A stretch of DNA of 64,000 bases from Eledone cirrhosa (taxonomy: Eukaryota): assembly GCA_964016885.1 (NCBI GenBank), contig OZ024741.1, forward strand, positions 401,326,001 through 401,390,000, in the 5' to 3' direction. The notes under the pieces are model-generated. The model was not told the DNA's origin, ran no database searches, and saw only the letters and a list, made by a program, of their open reading frames with translations. Both the position numbers and the translations under genes were made by a program. The first letter of the stretch is position 1; each line of letters begins with the position of its first letter. This document shows, in pieces, positions 44,854 to 58,979 of the stretch.

Positions 44854-45203
44854 GTGAGTATTAAAATTTCCCAATGTGCTTACAATTTATTTTTTTTTTT
44901 GTTGAATCACCATACTGGAGTTGAGTCTAGTTTCCATCGATGACCTTGACCCAACCATCTTTGAAACACACTTAACAGGTTAATACTCAATAGAAACATA
45001 TAAATGAAACTTTGTTTTATTTTTCTTATTATATACATTCTGACTGTGCATCAAGTGCTCATATTGGTACCACCAGTAATTCGTTGAATCACCTATAATA
45101 TATATATATATATAATTCAGGTTTAAGGCCGCTGTAGTTTGCAGAGTGTATATATAGAGTGACAATAAGAAGTCAGATTTGCAGCTTGTTATGAAACTTT
45201 ATT

Positions 45204-45291
45204 ACATATTACAACTGTTTCGATATCAATCATCTCGGATTTGATCAGGTGATCAGATCCCAACTTTTAATCATTACCTCTTCAGATATGC
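45204..45291 (-). ncRNA. Hammerhead ribozyme motif with extended stem II (PLE remnant)
   Basis: Reverse complement reads GCATAT-CTGAAGA-GGTA..GGATCTGATCA CC TGATCAAATCC..TATC-GAAAC AGTT GTA-ATATGT. Confidence 0.7.
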
Positions 45292-45627
45292 GAGTTTACA
45301 TGAGTGGTCCTATCCAAACTGTTAGATTGGTGCCTATGTAGATTTTAACACTGTACTCTACTTCGACCATCATATTGTTAAAAAATAACATGTTTTATGA
45401 AAGTCAACCAATAATTAATAAAATTATAAACAATTTTAGATAAGGACTTTCCATCCACTCACACTGTATATCATATGAATTCCTGATGAAGTCAGCCGAG
45501 GATATACCCACATGATTACAAACACTGGTGGACAATGCTGAAGTTATTAATTTAAAATAGAGACTTCCTTTCTACCTACACTATATATTGTTATGAGATT
45601 CTGTCTATATTCTTATTTTCAAAATAG

Positions 45628-45775
45628 ATTGACCCACAAGAATGGATACAATTTTGTGAGACTAAAGTCTGTTTAAACAATCCATCTGACTCTATCTATT
45701 GTGAAATATTTAACCATTATGCTATAGAATGTGCCTCTGTTGGTGTTAACATTGATTGGAGGACAGGTTCATGTC
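45628..45775 (+). CDS. Host gene exon e (C8): IDPQEWIQFCETKVC..YCEIFNHYAIECASVGVNIDWRTGSC
   Basis: aatag acceptor, gtaagt donor; YA..C...G...WR...C is the C8 signature. Confidence 0.92.
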
Positions 45776-45789
45776 GTAAGTATAACCTT

Positions 45790-46078
45790 CTTATTCTCCT
45801 GATACTTCTCCTGGGGTGGGGGCAGTAAGAGCAGAGTCCTCAGACATGCCTTCTTGAGGATACTATCAGAAACAACCAGCTTGTAATAATCCAACTGGAT
45901 ACCCAAACAAGATTAACTGAGGCTATGGATGTTATCAAACCATCTTGTCTATGGTCTCCTGCTCCTGGGTGTCTTGTCAGTTGTCAGTTGGTCTTTAACC
46001 ATAAAATATCTGTCCTGCCATTCTTTCCATTGACATTCTAACTTGTCCATAGTACTGGAATTGGGATCTGATCTATCA
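45790..46078 (-). mobile_element. Decayed RTE-like LINE 3' fragment
   Basis: Minus strand GTACTATGGACAAGTTAGAATGTCAATGGAAAGAATGGCAGGACAGAT..AGATGGTTTGATAACATCCATAG is homologous to 59390-59625. Confidence 0.7.
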
Positions 46079-49000
46079 ATACAGAGAACTAGCAACTCTA
46101 TACCTAGAGAGTGACTCACTACAGAGAACTAGCAACTCTATATCTGGAGAGTGACTCAATATAGAGAACTAGCAACTCTATATCTGGAGAGTGACTCACT
46201 ACAGAGAACAAACAATTCTATATCTGGAGAGAGACCCAATATAGAGAACTAGCAACTCTATATCTGGAGAGTGACTCACTACAGAGAACTAGCAACTCTA
46301 TATCTGGAGAGTGACCCAATATAGAGAACTAGCAACTCTATATCTGGAGAGTGACTCAATATAGAGAACTAACAACTCTATATCTGGAGAGTGACTCAAT
46401 ACAGAGAAATAGCAACTCTATACCTAAAGAGTGACTCACTACAGAGAACTAACAACTCTATATCTGGAGAGTGACCCGATATAGAGAACTAGCAACTCTA
46501 TATCTGGAGAGTGACTCAATACAGAGAACTAGCAACTCTATACCATACAGAGTGACTCACTACAGAGAACTAGCAACTCTATATCTGTAGAGTGACCCAA
46601 TATAGAGAACTAGCAACTCTATATCTGTAGAGTGACTCAATATAGAGAACTAGCAAATCTATACCTAGAGAGTGACTCACTACAGAGAACTAGCAACTCT
46701 ATATCTGGAGAGTGACTCAATACATAGAACTAGCAACTCTATACCTAGAGAGTGACTCACTACAGAGAACTAGTAACTCTATATCTGGAGAGTGACTCAA
46801 TATAGAGAACTAGCAACTTATGTCTGGAGAGTGACTCAATACAGAGAACTAGCAACTCTATACCTAGAGAGTGACTCACTACAGAGAACTAGCAACTCTA
46901 TATCTGTAGAGTGACCCAATATAGAGAACTAGCAACTCTATATCTGGAGGGTGACTCAATACAATGAACTAGCAACTCTATACCTAGAGAGTGACTCACT
47001 ACTGGGAACTAGCAACTCTATATCTGGAGAGTGACTCAATATAGAGAACTAGCAACTCTATATCTGGAGAGTGACTCAATATAGAGAACTAGCAAATCTA
47101 TACCTAGAGAGTGACTCACTACAGAGAACTAGCAACTCTATATCTGGAGAGTGACTCAATATAGAGAACTAGCAACTCTATATCTGGAGAGTGACTCAAT
47201 ACAGAGAACTAGCAACTCTATAACTAGAGAGTGACTCACTACAGAGAACTAGTAACTCTATATCTGGAGATTGACTCAATATAGAGAACTAGCAACTCTA
47301 TATCTGGAGAGTGACTCAATACAGAGAACTAGCAACTCTATACCTAGAGAGTGACTCGCTACAGAGAACTAGCAACTCTATATCTGTAGAGTGACCCAAT
47401 ATAGAGAACTAGCAACTCTATATCTGGAGAGTTACTCAATACAGAGAACTAGCAACTCTATATCTAGAGAGTGACTCACTACAGAGAACTAGCAACTCTA
47501 TATCTGGAGAGTGACTCAATACAGAGAACTAGCAACTCTATACCTAGAGAGTGACTCACTACAGAGAACTAGTAACTCTATATCTGGAGATTGACTCAAT
47601 ATAGAGAACTAACAACTCTATATCTGGAGAGTGACTCAATACAGAGAACTAGCAACTCTATACCTAGAGAGTGACTCAATATAGAGAACTAGCAAATCTA
47701 TATCTGGAGAGTGACTCAATATAGAGAACTAGCAACTCTATACTTAGAGAGTGACTCACTACAGAGAACTAGCAACTCTATATCTGTAGAGTGACCCAAT
47801 ATAGAGAACTAGCAACTCTATATCTGGAGAGTGACTCAATATAGAGAACTAGCAAATCTATACCTATAGAGTGACTCACTACAGAGAACTAGCAACTCTA
47901 TATCTGGAGATTGACTCAATATAGAGAACTAGCAAATCTATATCTGGAGAGTCACTCAATATAGAGAACTAGCAACTCTATATCTGGAGAGTGACTCAAT
48001 ACAGAGAACTAGCAACTCTATACCTAGAGAGTGACTCACTACAGAGAACTAGCAACTCTATATCTGTAGAGTGACCCAATATAGAGAACTAGCAACTCTA
48101 TATCTGACGAGTGACTCAATACAGAGAACTAGCAAATCTATACCTAGAGAGTGACTCACTACAGAGAACTAGCAACTCTATATCTGGAGAATGACTCAAT
48201 ATAGAGAACTAGCAACTCTATATCTGGAGAGTGACTCACTACAGAGAACTAGCAACTCTATATCTGGAGAGTGACTCAATATAGAGAAGTAGCAACTCTA
48301 TATCTGAAGAGTGACTCAATACAGTGAACTAGCAACTCTATATCTGGAGAGTGACTCACTACAGAGAACTAGCAATTCTATATCTGGAGAGAGACCCAAT
48401 ATAGAGAACTAGCAACTCTATATCTGGAGAGTGACTCAGTACAGAGAACTAGCAACTCTATATCTGGAGAGTGACCCAATATAGAGAACTAGCAACTCTA
48501 TATCTGGAGAGTGACTCAATATAGAGAACTAACAACTCTATATCTGGAGAGTGACTCAATACAGAGAAATAGCAACTCTATACCTAGAGAGTGACTCACT
48601 ACTGGGAACTAGCAACTCTATATCTGGAGAGTGACTCAATATAGAGAACTAGCAACTCTATATCTGGAGAGTGACTCAATATAGAGAACTAGCAAATCTA
48701 TATCTGGAGAGTGACTCAATACAGAGAACTAGGAACTCTATACCGTGAGAGTGACTCACTACAGAGAACTAGCAACTCTATATCTGACGAGTGACTCAAT
48801 ACAGAGAACTAGCAAATCTATACCTAGAGAGTGACTCACTACAGAGAACTAGCAACTCTATATCTGACGAGTGACTCAATACAGAGAACTAGCAAATCTA
48901 TACCTAGAGAGTGACTCACTACAGAGAACTAGCAACTCTATATCTGAAGAGTGACTCAATACAGTGAACTAGCAAATCTATATCTGGAGAGTGACTCACT

Positions 49001-49200
49001 ACTGGGAACTAGCAACTCTATATCTGGAGAGTGACTCAATATAGAGAACTAGCAACTCTATATCTGGAGAGTGACTCAATACAGAGAACTAGCAACTCTA
49101 TACCGTGAGAGTTACTCACTACAGAGAACTAGCAACTCTATATCTGGAGAGTGACTCAATATAGAGAACTAGCAACTCTATATCTAGAGAGTGCCTCAAT
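46079..49200. repeat. 40-bp tandem array (~78 copies)
   Basis: Unit ATAGAGAACTAGCAACTCTATATCTGGAGAGTGACTCAAT. Confidence 0.97.
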
Positions 49201-49294
49201 CATCTTTCAGATATTTTATTTTACTTTCCTTTCAACATTTCATCTGAAATATTTTGTTATTAATCTTTCTCTGTTTGTCAGTTTCACATTGAAT

Positions 49295-49492
49295 AATAAT
49301 TGTTTCTACTTTTGGCACAAGGCCAGCAAAATACCCAGTACATTACTGGTACATTATTTTATCGACCCCGTAAGGATGAAAGGCAAAGTTAACCTCAGCG
49401 GGATTTGAACTCAGTCCGTAAATGGACATAACTCTATGCTGGAAAGCATGGCGTCCAACCCTCTACTGATACTGCCAATCTGCCGAATAATA
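49295..49492 (-). mobile_element. tRNA-derived SINE
   Basis: Homologous to 34725-34918. Confidence 0.75.
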
Positions 49493-49542
49493 ATATTTGA
49501 TTTATTCACAAGGAAACGGCCTCATTATGCTGTGTTTTAAGT

Positions 49543-52500
49543 GGCCATCACCATCCAATTGTTCTAGCAATGACCATCACCATCCGATTGTTCTAGAGAT
49601 AATCGTCACCATCCAATTGTTCTAGGAAATGACCATGACCATCCATTTATTCTAGAGATAACCATCCCCATCTTTTGACTCTAGCAATGACCATCACCAT
49701 CCAATTGTTCCAGCAATGACTATCACCATCCAATTGTTCTAGCAATGACAATCACCATCCAATTATTCTAAAGATGACCATCACCATCCAATTGTTCTAG
49801 AGATAACCATCACCATACAATTGTTCTAGAGATAACCATCACCATCCAATTTTTCTAGAGAAAACCATCACCATCCAATTGTTCTGGAAATGACCATCAC
49901 CATCTCTTGACTCTAGCGAGAACCATCACCATCCGATTGTTCTAGCAATGACCATCACCATCCAATTTTTCTAGAGATGACCATCACCATACAGTTGTTC
50001 TAAAGATAACCATCACCATCCAATTGTTCTAGAGATGATCATCACCATCCTTTTGTTCTAGAGATGACCATCACCATCCAATTGTTCGAGAGATGACCAT
50101 CACCATCCAATTGTTCTTGCAATGACCACCACCATCCAATTGTTATAGAGATAACCATCACCATCCAATTGTTCTAGAGATGACCATCACCATCCAATTG
50201 TTCTAGCAATGACCATCACCATCCAATTGTTCTAGAGATGACCATCACCATCCGATTGTTCTAGAGATGACCATCACCATCCAATTGTTCTAGAGATGAC
50301 CATCACCATCCAATTGTTCTAGAGATGACCATCACCATCCAATTGTTCTAGAGATAACCATCACCATCCAATTATTCTAGAGATAACCATCACCATCCAA
50401 TTGTTCTAGAGATAACAATCACCATCCAATTATTCTAGAGATAACCATCACCATCCAATTGTTCTAGAGATGACCATCACCATCCAATTGTTCTAGGGAT
50501 AACCATCACCATCCAATTGTTCTAGAGATGACCATCACCATCCAAAATTGTTTTAGAGATAACCATACCCATCCAATTGTTCTAGAGATAACCATCCCCA
50601 TCCAATTATTCTAGAGATGGCCATCACCATCCAATTATTCTAGAGATGACCATCACCATCCAATTGTTCTAGAGATAACCATCACAATCCAATTGTTCTA
50701 GAGATAACCATCACCATCCAATTGTTCTAGAGATGACCATCACGATCCAATTGTGCTAGCAAGGACCATCGCCATCCAATTGTTCTAGAGATGACCATCA
50801 CCATGCGATTGTTCTAGAGATGACCATCACCCTCCAATTGTTCTAGAGAGGACCATCACCATCCAATTGTGCTAGCAAGGACCATCGCCATCCAATTGTT
50901 CTAGAGATGACCATCACCATGCGATTATTCTAGAGATGACCATCACCATCCAATTGTTCTAGAGATGACCATCACCATCCAATTGTTCTAGAGATAACCA
51001 TCACCATCCAATTGTTGTAGTAATGACCATCACCATCCAATTGTTCTAGAGATAACCATCACCATCCAATTATTCTAGAGATGACCATCACCATCCATGT
51101 GTTCTAGAGATGACCATCACCATCCAATTGTTCTAGCAATGACCATAACCATCCAATTGTTCTACAGGTGACCATCGCCATCCAATTGTTCCAGAGATAA
51201 CCATCAGCATCCAATTGTTCCAGAGATAATCATCACCATCCAATTGTTCTAGAGATAACCATCACCATCCAATTGTTCTAGAGGTAACCATCACCATCCA
51301 ATTGTTCTAGAGATGACCATCACCATCCAATTGTTCTAGAGATGACCATTACCATCCAATTCTTCTAGAGATGACCATCACCATCCACAATTGTTTTAGA
51401 GATAACCATACCCATCCAATTGTTCTAGAGATAACCATCCCCATCCAATTATTCTAGAGATGGCCATCACCATCCAATTATTCTAGAGATGACCATCACC
51501 ATCCAATTGTTCTAGAGATAACCATCACCATCCAATTGTTCTAGAGATAACCATCACCATCCAATTGTTCTAGAGATGACCATCACAATCCAATTGTGCT
51601 AGCAAGGACCATCGCCATCCAATTGTTCTAGAGATGACCATCACCATGCGATTGTTCTAGTGATGACCATCACCATCCAATTGTTTTAGAGATAACCATC
51701 ACCATCCAATTGTTCTAGAGATAACCATCACCATCCAATTGTTGTAGTAATGACCATCACCATCCAATTCTTCTAGAGATAACCATCACCATCCAATTAT
51801 TCTAGAGATGACCATCACCATCTAATTGTTCTAGAGATGACCATCACCATCCAATCGTTCTAGCAATGACCATCACCATCCAATTGTTCTACAGGTGACC
51901 ATCGCCATCCAATTGTTCCAGAGATAACCATCAGCATCCAATTGTTCCAGAGATAACCATCACCATCCAATTGTTCTAGAGATAACCATCACCATCCAAT
52001 TGTTCTAGAGATAACCATCACCATCCAATTGTTCTAGAGATGACCATCACCATCCAATTGTTCTAGAGATGACCATCACCATCCAATTGTTCTAGAGATG
52101 ACCATCACCATCCAATTGTTCTAGCAATGACCATCACCATCCAATTGTTCTACAGGTGACCATCGCCATCCAATTGTTCCAGAGATAACCATCAGCATCC
52201 AATTGTTCCAGAGATAACCATCACCATCCAATTGTTCTAGAGATAACCATCACCATCCAATTGTTCTAGAGATGACCATCACCATCCAATTGTTCTAGAG
52301 ATGACCATCACCATCCAATTGTTCTAGAGATGATCATCACTCTCCTTTTGTTCTAGAGATAACCATCACCATCCAAATGTTCTAGCAATGACCATCACCA
52401 TCCAATTGTTCTCGAGATGACCATCACCATCCAATTGTTCTAGAGATTACCATCACCATCCAATTGTTCTAGAGATGACCATCACCATCCTTTTATTCTA

Positions 52501-55500
52501 GAGATGACCATCACCATCCAATTGTTCTAGAGATGACCATCATCATCATCCAATTGTTCTAGAGATGACCATCACCATCCTTTTGTTCTAGAGATGACCA
52601 TCACCATCCAATTGTTCTAGCAATGGCCATCACCATCCAATTATTCTAGAGATGACCATCACCATCCTTTTGTTCTAGAGATGACCATCACCATCCAATT
52701 GTTCTAGCAATGGCCATCACCATCCAATTATTCTAGAGATGACCATCACCATCCTTTTGTTCTAGAGATGACAATCACCATCCTTTTGTTCTAGAGATGA
52801 CCATCACCATCCAATTGTTCTAGAGATGACCATCACCATCCAATTGTTCTAGAGATGACCATCACCATCCAGTTGTTCTAGAGATGACCATCAGCATCCA
52901 GTTGTTCTAGCGATAACCATTACCATCCTTTTGTTCTAGAGATAACCATCACCATCCAATCGTTCTAGAGATAACCATCACCATCCAATTGATCTAGAGA
53001 TGACCATCACCATCCCATTGTTCTAGAGATAACCATCACCATCCAATTGTTCTGGAGATAACCATCACTATCCAATTGTTCTAGAGATGACCATCACCAT
53101 CCACAATTGTTTTAGAGATAACCATACCCATCCAATTGTTCTAGAGATAACCATCCCCATCCAATTATTCTAGAGATGACCATCACCATCCAATTGTTCT
53201 AGAGATAACCATCACCATCCAATTGTTCTAGAGATAACCATCACCATCCAATTGTTCTAGAGATGACCATCACCATCCAATTGTTCTAGCAATGACCATC
53301 ACCATCCAATTGTTCTAGAGAGGACCATCACGATCCAATTGTGCTAGCAAGGACCATTGCCATTCAATTGTTCTAGAGATGACCATCACCATGCGATTGT
53401 TCTAGAGATGACCATCACCATCCAATTGTTCTAGAGATGACCATCACCATCCAATTGTTCTAGAGATAACCATCACCATCCAATTGTTGTAGTAATGACC
53501 ATCACCATCCAATTCTTCTAGAGATAACCATCACCATCCAATTGTTCTAGAGATAACCATCACCATCCAATTGTTGTAGTAATGACCATCACCATCCAAT
53601 TCTTCTAGAGATAACCATCACCATCCAATTATTCTAGAGATGACCATCACCATCCAATTGTTCTAGAGATGACCATCACCATCCAATTGTTCTAGCAATG
53701 ACCATCACCATCCAATTGTTCTACAGGTGACCATCGCCATCCAATTGTTCCAGAGATAACCATCAGCATCCAATTGTTCCAGAGATAACCATCACCATCC
53801 AATTGTTCTAGAGATAACCATCACCATCCAATTGTTCTAGAGATGACCATCACCATCCAATTGTTCTAGAGATGACCATCACCATCCAATTCTTATAGAG
53901 ATGACCATCACCATCCAATTGTTCTAGAGATGACCATCACCATCCAATTGTTCTAGAGATGATCATCACTGTCCTTTTGTTCTAGAGATAACCATCACCA
54001 TCCAAATGTTCTAGCAATGACCATCACCATCCAATTGTTCTAGAGATGACCATCACCATCCAATTGTTCTAGAGATTACCATCACCATCCAATTGTTCTA
54101 GAGATGACCATCACCATCCTTTTATTCTAGAGATGACCATCACCATCCAATTGTTCTAGAGATGACCATCATCATCCAATTGTTCTAGAGATGACCATCA
54201 CCATCCTTTTGTTCTAGATATGACCATCACCATCCCATTGTTCTAGCAATGGCCATCACCATCAAATTATTCTAGAGATGACCATCACCATCCAATTGTG
54301 CTAGAGATGACCATCACCATCCAATTGTGCTAGAGATTACCATCACCATCCAGTTGTTCTAGAGATAACCATCACCATCCACTTGTTCTAGAGATGATCA
54401 TCACCATCCTTTTTTTCTAGAGATAACCATCACCATCCAATTGTTCTAGCAATGACCATCACCATCCAATTGTTCTAGCAATGGCCATCACCATCCAATT
54501 GTTCTAGAGATGACCATCACCATCCTTTTGTTCTAGCGATGACCATCACCATCCAATTGTTCTAGCATTGACCATCACCATCCAATTGTTCTAGAGATTA
54601 CCATCACCATCCTTTTGTTCTAGAGATGACCATCACCATCCAATTCTTATAGAGATGACCATCACCATCCAATTGTTCTAGAGATGACCATCACCATCCA
54701 ATTGTTCTAGAGATGACCATCACCATCCAATTCTTATAGAGATGACCATCACCATCCAATTGTTCTAGAGATGACCATCACCATCCAATTGTTCTAGAGA
54801 TAACCATCACCATCCTTTTGTTCTAGAGATAACCATCACCATCCTTTTGTTCTAGAGATGACCATCCCTATCCAATTGTTCTAGAGATAACCATCACCAT
54901 CCAATTGTTCTAGAGATAACCATCACCATCCAATTATTCTAGAGATGACCATCACCATCCAATTGTTCTAGAGATAACCATCACCATCCTTTTGTTCTAG
55001 AGATAACCATCACCATCCTTTTGTTCTAGAGATGACCATCCCTATCCAATTGTTCTAGAGATGACCATCACCATCCAATTGTTCTAGAGATGACCATCAC
55101 CATCCAATTCTTATAGAGATGACCATCACCATCCAATTGTTCTAGAGATGACCATCACCATCCAATTGTTCTAGAGATAACCATCACCATCCTTTTGTTC
55201 TAGAGATAACCATCACCATCCTTTTGTTCTAGAGATGACCATCCCTATCCAATTGTTCTAGAGATAACCATCACCATCCAATTATTCTAGAGATGACCAT
55301 CACCATCCAATTGTTCTAGAGATAACCATCACCATCCTTTTGTTCTAGAGATAACCATCACCATCTTTTTGTTCTAGAGATGACCATCCCTATCCAATTG
55401 TTCTAGAGATAACCATCACCATCCAATTGTTCTAGAGATGACCATCACCATCCAATTATTCTAGAGATGACCATCACCATCCAATTCTTATAGAGATGAC

Positions 55501-55671
55501 CATCACCATCCAATTGTTCTAGAGATGACCATCCCTATCCAATTGTTCTAGAGATAACCATCACCATCCAATTGTTCTAGAGATGACCATCCCTATCCAA
55601 TTGTTCTAGAGATAACCATCACCATCCAATTGTTCTAGAGATGACTATCACCATCCAATTATTCTAGAGAT
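49543..55671. repeat. 29-bp tandem array (~210 copies) with higher-order structure
   Basis: Unit AGAGATGACCATCACCATCCAATTGTTCT. Confidence 0.97.
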
Positions 55672-55744
55672 TATAGATTGTTTCTCTCTGTCACTGCTAG
55701 AAAAAGGATGGCAATAGTCATCTAAAAAACAGTGTAATGAGGCT

Positions 55745-56606
55745 GTGTATGTGTGACAGCCCACACCTATGTGTGTGTGTGTGTGTGTGTGACAGCCCAC
55801 ACCTATGTGTGTGTGTGTGACAGCCCACACCTATGTGTGTGTGTGTGTGTGTGTGACAGCCCACACCTATGTGTGTATGTGTGTGACAGCCCACACCTAT
55901 GTCTGTATGTGTGTGACAGCTCACACCTATGTGTGTGTGTGTGTGTGTGACAGCCCACACCTATGTCTGTATGTGTGTGACAGCTCACACCTATGTGTGT
56001 GTGTGTGTGACAGCCCACACCTATGTCTGTATGTGTGTGACAGCCCACACCTATGTCTGTATGTGTGTGACAGCTCACACCTATGTGTGTATGTGTGTGA
56101 CAGCCCACACCTATGTCTGTATGTGTGTGACAGCTCACACCTATGTGTGTGTGTGTGTGTGTGTGACAGCCCACACCTATGTGTGTATGTGTGTGACAGC
56201 CCACACCTATGTCTGTATGTGTGTGACAGCTCACACCTATGTGTGTATGTGTGTGACAGCCCACACCTATGTCTGTATGTGTGTGACAGCTCACACCTAT
56301 ATGTGTGTGTGTGTGTGTGTGACAGCCCACACCTATGTCTGTATGTGTGTGACAGCTCACACCTATGTGTGTGTGTGTGTGACAGCTCACACCTATGTGT
56401 GTGTGTGTGTGTGTGACAGCTCACATCTATGTGTGTATGTGTAAGAGCTCACACCTATGTGTGTATGTGTGTGTGATAGCTCACACCTACGTGTGTATGT
56501 GTGTGACAGCCCACACCTATGTGTGTGTATGTGTGACAGCTCACACCTATGTGTGTGTATGACAGCTCACACCTATGTGTGTGTGTTTGTGACAGCTCAC
56601 TCCTAT
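55745..56606. repeat. Compound minisatellite GACAGC(C/T)CACACCTAT(GT)n, ~28-36 bp
   Basis: Directly visible. Confidence 0.95.
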
Positions 56607-56827
56607 GCAGATTTAGCTGGCCTCTTCCTAGGTATATCTCGTTGGAGATGTCATCTCATTTCTACAGCTGAGTAAACTGGTGCAACGTGAAATAAAGTGT
56701 CTTGCTCAAGGAAACAACACATCACTCGGTCCGAGAATTGAACTCACAACCTTTCGATTGCAAGCCCAATGCTCTAACCACTAAGCCATGTGCCTTCACT
56801 GCTAGCAAACTAATTAAATATTGTATC

Positions 56828-57003
56828 AGTAGAGGGCCGGACGCCATGGTTTGCAGCATAGAGTTATGGCCCTTTGTGGTCTGAGTTCAAATCCCGCCAA
56901 GGTTAACTTTGCCTTTCATCCTTACAGGGTCGATAAAATAAAGTACCAGTAATGTACTGGGATAATTACTGGCCTTTTGCCAAAAGTAGAAACAATTATT
57001 ATT
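56828..57003 (+). mobile_element. tRNA-derived SINE (preceded by a CORE-like SINE at 56610-56800, minus strand)
   Basis: GAGTTCAAATCC..AACTTTGCCTTTCATCC; reverse of 34725-34918. Confidence 0.75.
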
Positions 57004-57116
57004 CGATGTAAAACTTATATGTTTTACATCGACTATGTTAAAGTGAGAAACCAAATTCTAATTACGTTATTAATCTTTCCTTGTCCTTTCACCTTTATAT
57101 TGTTACCTCCTTTCAG

Positions 57117-57360
57117 AAGAGAGCTGTCCTAGAGGTTTCATCTTCAGTGAACAAGTTTCTCTATGTCCACTCACATGTGACAGTAGCAACAGTGAATATG
57201 AAAGTAAAGTTTGCGGCTTTGGAAGTCGACCGTCATGTCATTGTCCCAAAGGACAAGTCCTTGAAAATAATTTATGTATTGATGCTGGAGAATGTCCATG
57301 TTGGTATCAGGATAAAAAATATAAAAGTGGAGCCAAAGTGAAAATGGAATGTAATACCTG
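57117..57360 (+). CDS. Host gene exon f (TIL plus start of VWC/E module)
   Basis: QESCPRGFIFSEQVSLCPLTCD..VCGFGSRPSCHCPKGQVLENNLCIDAGECPCWYQDKKYKSGAKVKMECNTC; tttcag acceptor, gtacag donor. Confidence 0.93.
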
Positions 57361-57447
57361 GTACAGTTCATTATTTTATTTAACAATGTTTCATTATATT
57401 TTAAAGTCTTATCTAAGCAGTCATATTTATAAATATATGTGTGTATA

Positions 57448-57576
57448 TGTGTGAGGCAGAGGTGGTGAGAGATGACCTCAGATCGCTGAAGCTCATGGAG
57501 AAGATGATGAAGGATCGTGACGAATGGAGAGATGCCAGCAGGGAAAAGCGGACATATGATGATGATGATGATGATG
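57448..57576 (+). mobile_element. RTE 3'-end fragment with (GAT)n tail
   Basis: [27 protein letters not shown] is homologous to 845-995. Confidence 0.8.
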
Positions 57577-58059
57577 TGTGTATGTCGACAGATGTCACAG
57601 ATACAGCAACCTATGGCATCGCTAATCCTGTGATATTTTAAAATATATATGCTTTGTATTATCCAAAACTCACTGCTTAACATATCAATAATTAATTAAT
57701 AACTATACATTTCTAATTAATACATATATATGTCAAGTTTATATTAAACTTGATGTTTACACTCTACTAATGTATTGAGTACCTTACTTTCTGTGGTTAC
57801 CTCCGATTGAACCTGGATCTCACACACATATATATGGAAGCTACGGAGTGGGGAAACAAGAAAAACCTGGGACAAGGTGATAAAAACTGACCTTGCTCAC
57901 TTACTCCTCTCTAAGACAGTGTCACTGGATTGCAGTTGTACAGAAGACCTGCCTTCCCTTGCATACAAACCTACAGTCAGTAGGCACCTCTTAACTCAAT
58001 ATACACCGCACCCATACACCCCACCCCACACACCCTACCCCGTCCTCCCATTTCGGTCT

Positions 58060-58490
58060 ACTGTGTTGGTGACACAACAAAAAGCACCCAGTCCACACTG
58101 TAAAGTAGTTGTGTAGGAGACACAGTAAAAAGGCTCCCAGTCTACACTGTAAATGTGGTTGATGTTAGAAAGGGCATCCAGCAGTAGAAAACCTGCCAGA
58201 GACACTTCTCCCGACCAATCCCGCATCAAAGACACTTCTCCCGACCAATCCCACATCAAATAGCATAAAACCGTCTAACCCATGATAGCATGGAAGATGG
58301 ATGTTAAAAGATGATGATGATGGTAATGATATATATATATGATGGGCTTCCATACCATTTCCATCTACTAAATTACACTCGCAAGGCTTCTGATGACCCA
58401 AGGTTGTAGTAGAAGATATTTGCCCAATATGTCACTAAGTGGTACCAAACCACATGGTTCCCAAGTAAACTTCTTAACGACACAGCCACA
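58060..58490. mobile_element. Mosaic of retroposon-derived repeats
   Basis: AAAGCACCCAG..CTGTAAAGT..TTAGAAAGGGCATCCAGC..CCCATG..GCATGGAA..(GAT)n; small internal duplications. Confidence 0.5.
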
Positions 58491-58979
58491 TCAGTGTCTC
58501 AATCAATGGTTCCCAACCTTTTGTGCACCATGCCCCACCTCAACATCACAAAAATTGTTATGCTCCCTCTTTGATAAGAAAATAACAGTACATTCTTCCC
58601 ATTTGCTTACATTTTCAAAGCAAGGCTTATGAACTGTAATTATGTCTAGATTTAATTTATTTTTAACTCTTAACATCCTGTACCACATGAAACCAAATCC
58701 TTGAAAAGTATGAAACAACGATATGACTACTTCGTATTAAAAACCAAAGTCTTTACTCTAATATTGCAAATATTTACAACTTGACCACTTGTAGAGAAAC
58801 TAGAAATATTTGAAATAACAAACCAAATACGTTTTTTAAATATCGTCTACAAAATCATTACAGAATGTTAAAAGTTAAAATAACATTTTTTTCCCTCCAA
58901 TAATAGGCTTTGTTTCCCATACAAACTTATTTAAATTAAAGGACCTTACTAGATAAATTTTTCCAACACAGATAACCAG

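Noticed and set aside
45483-45560. CTGATGA at 45483 (and at 44162-44168, minus strand) as further hammerheads
   Set aside because: No convincing stem II-GAAA-stem III-NUH-stem I arrangement.
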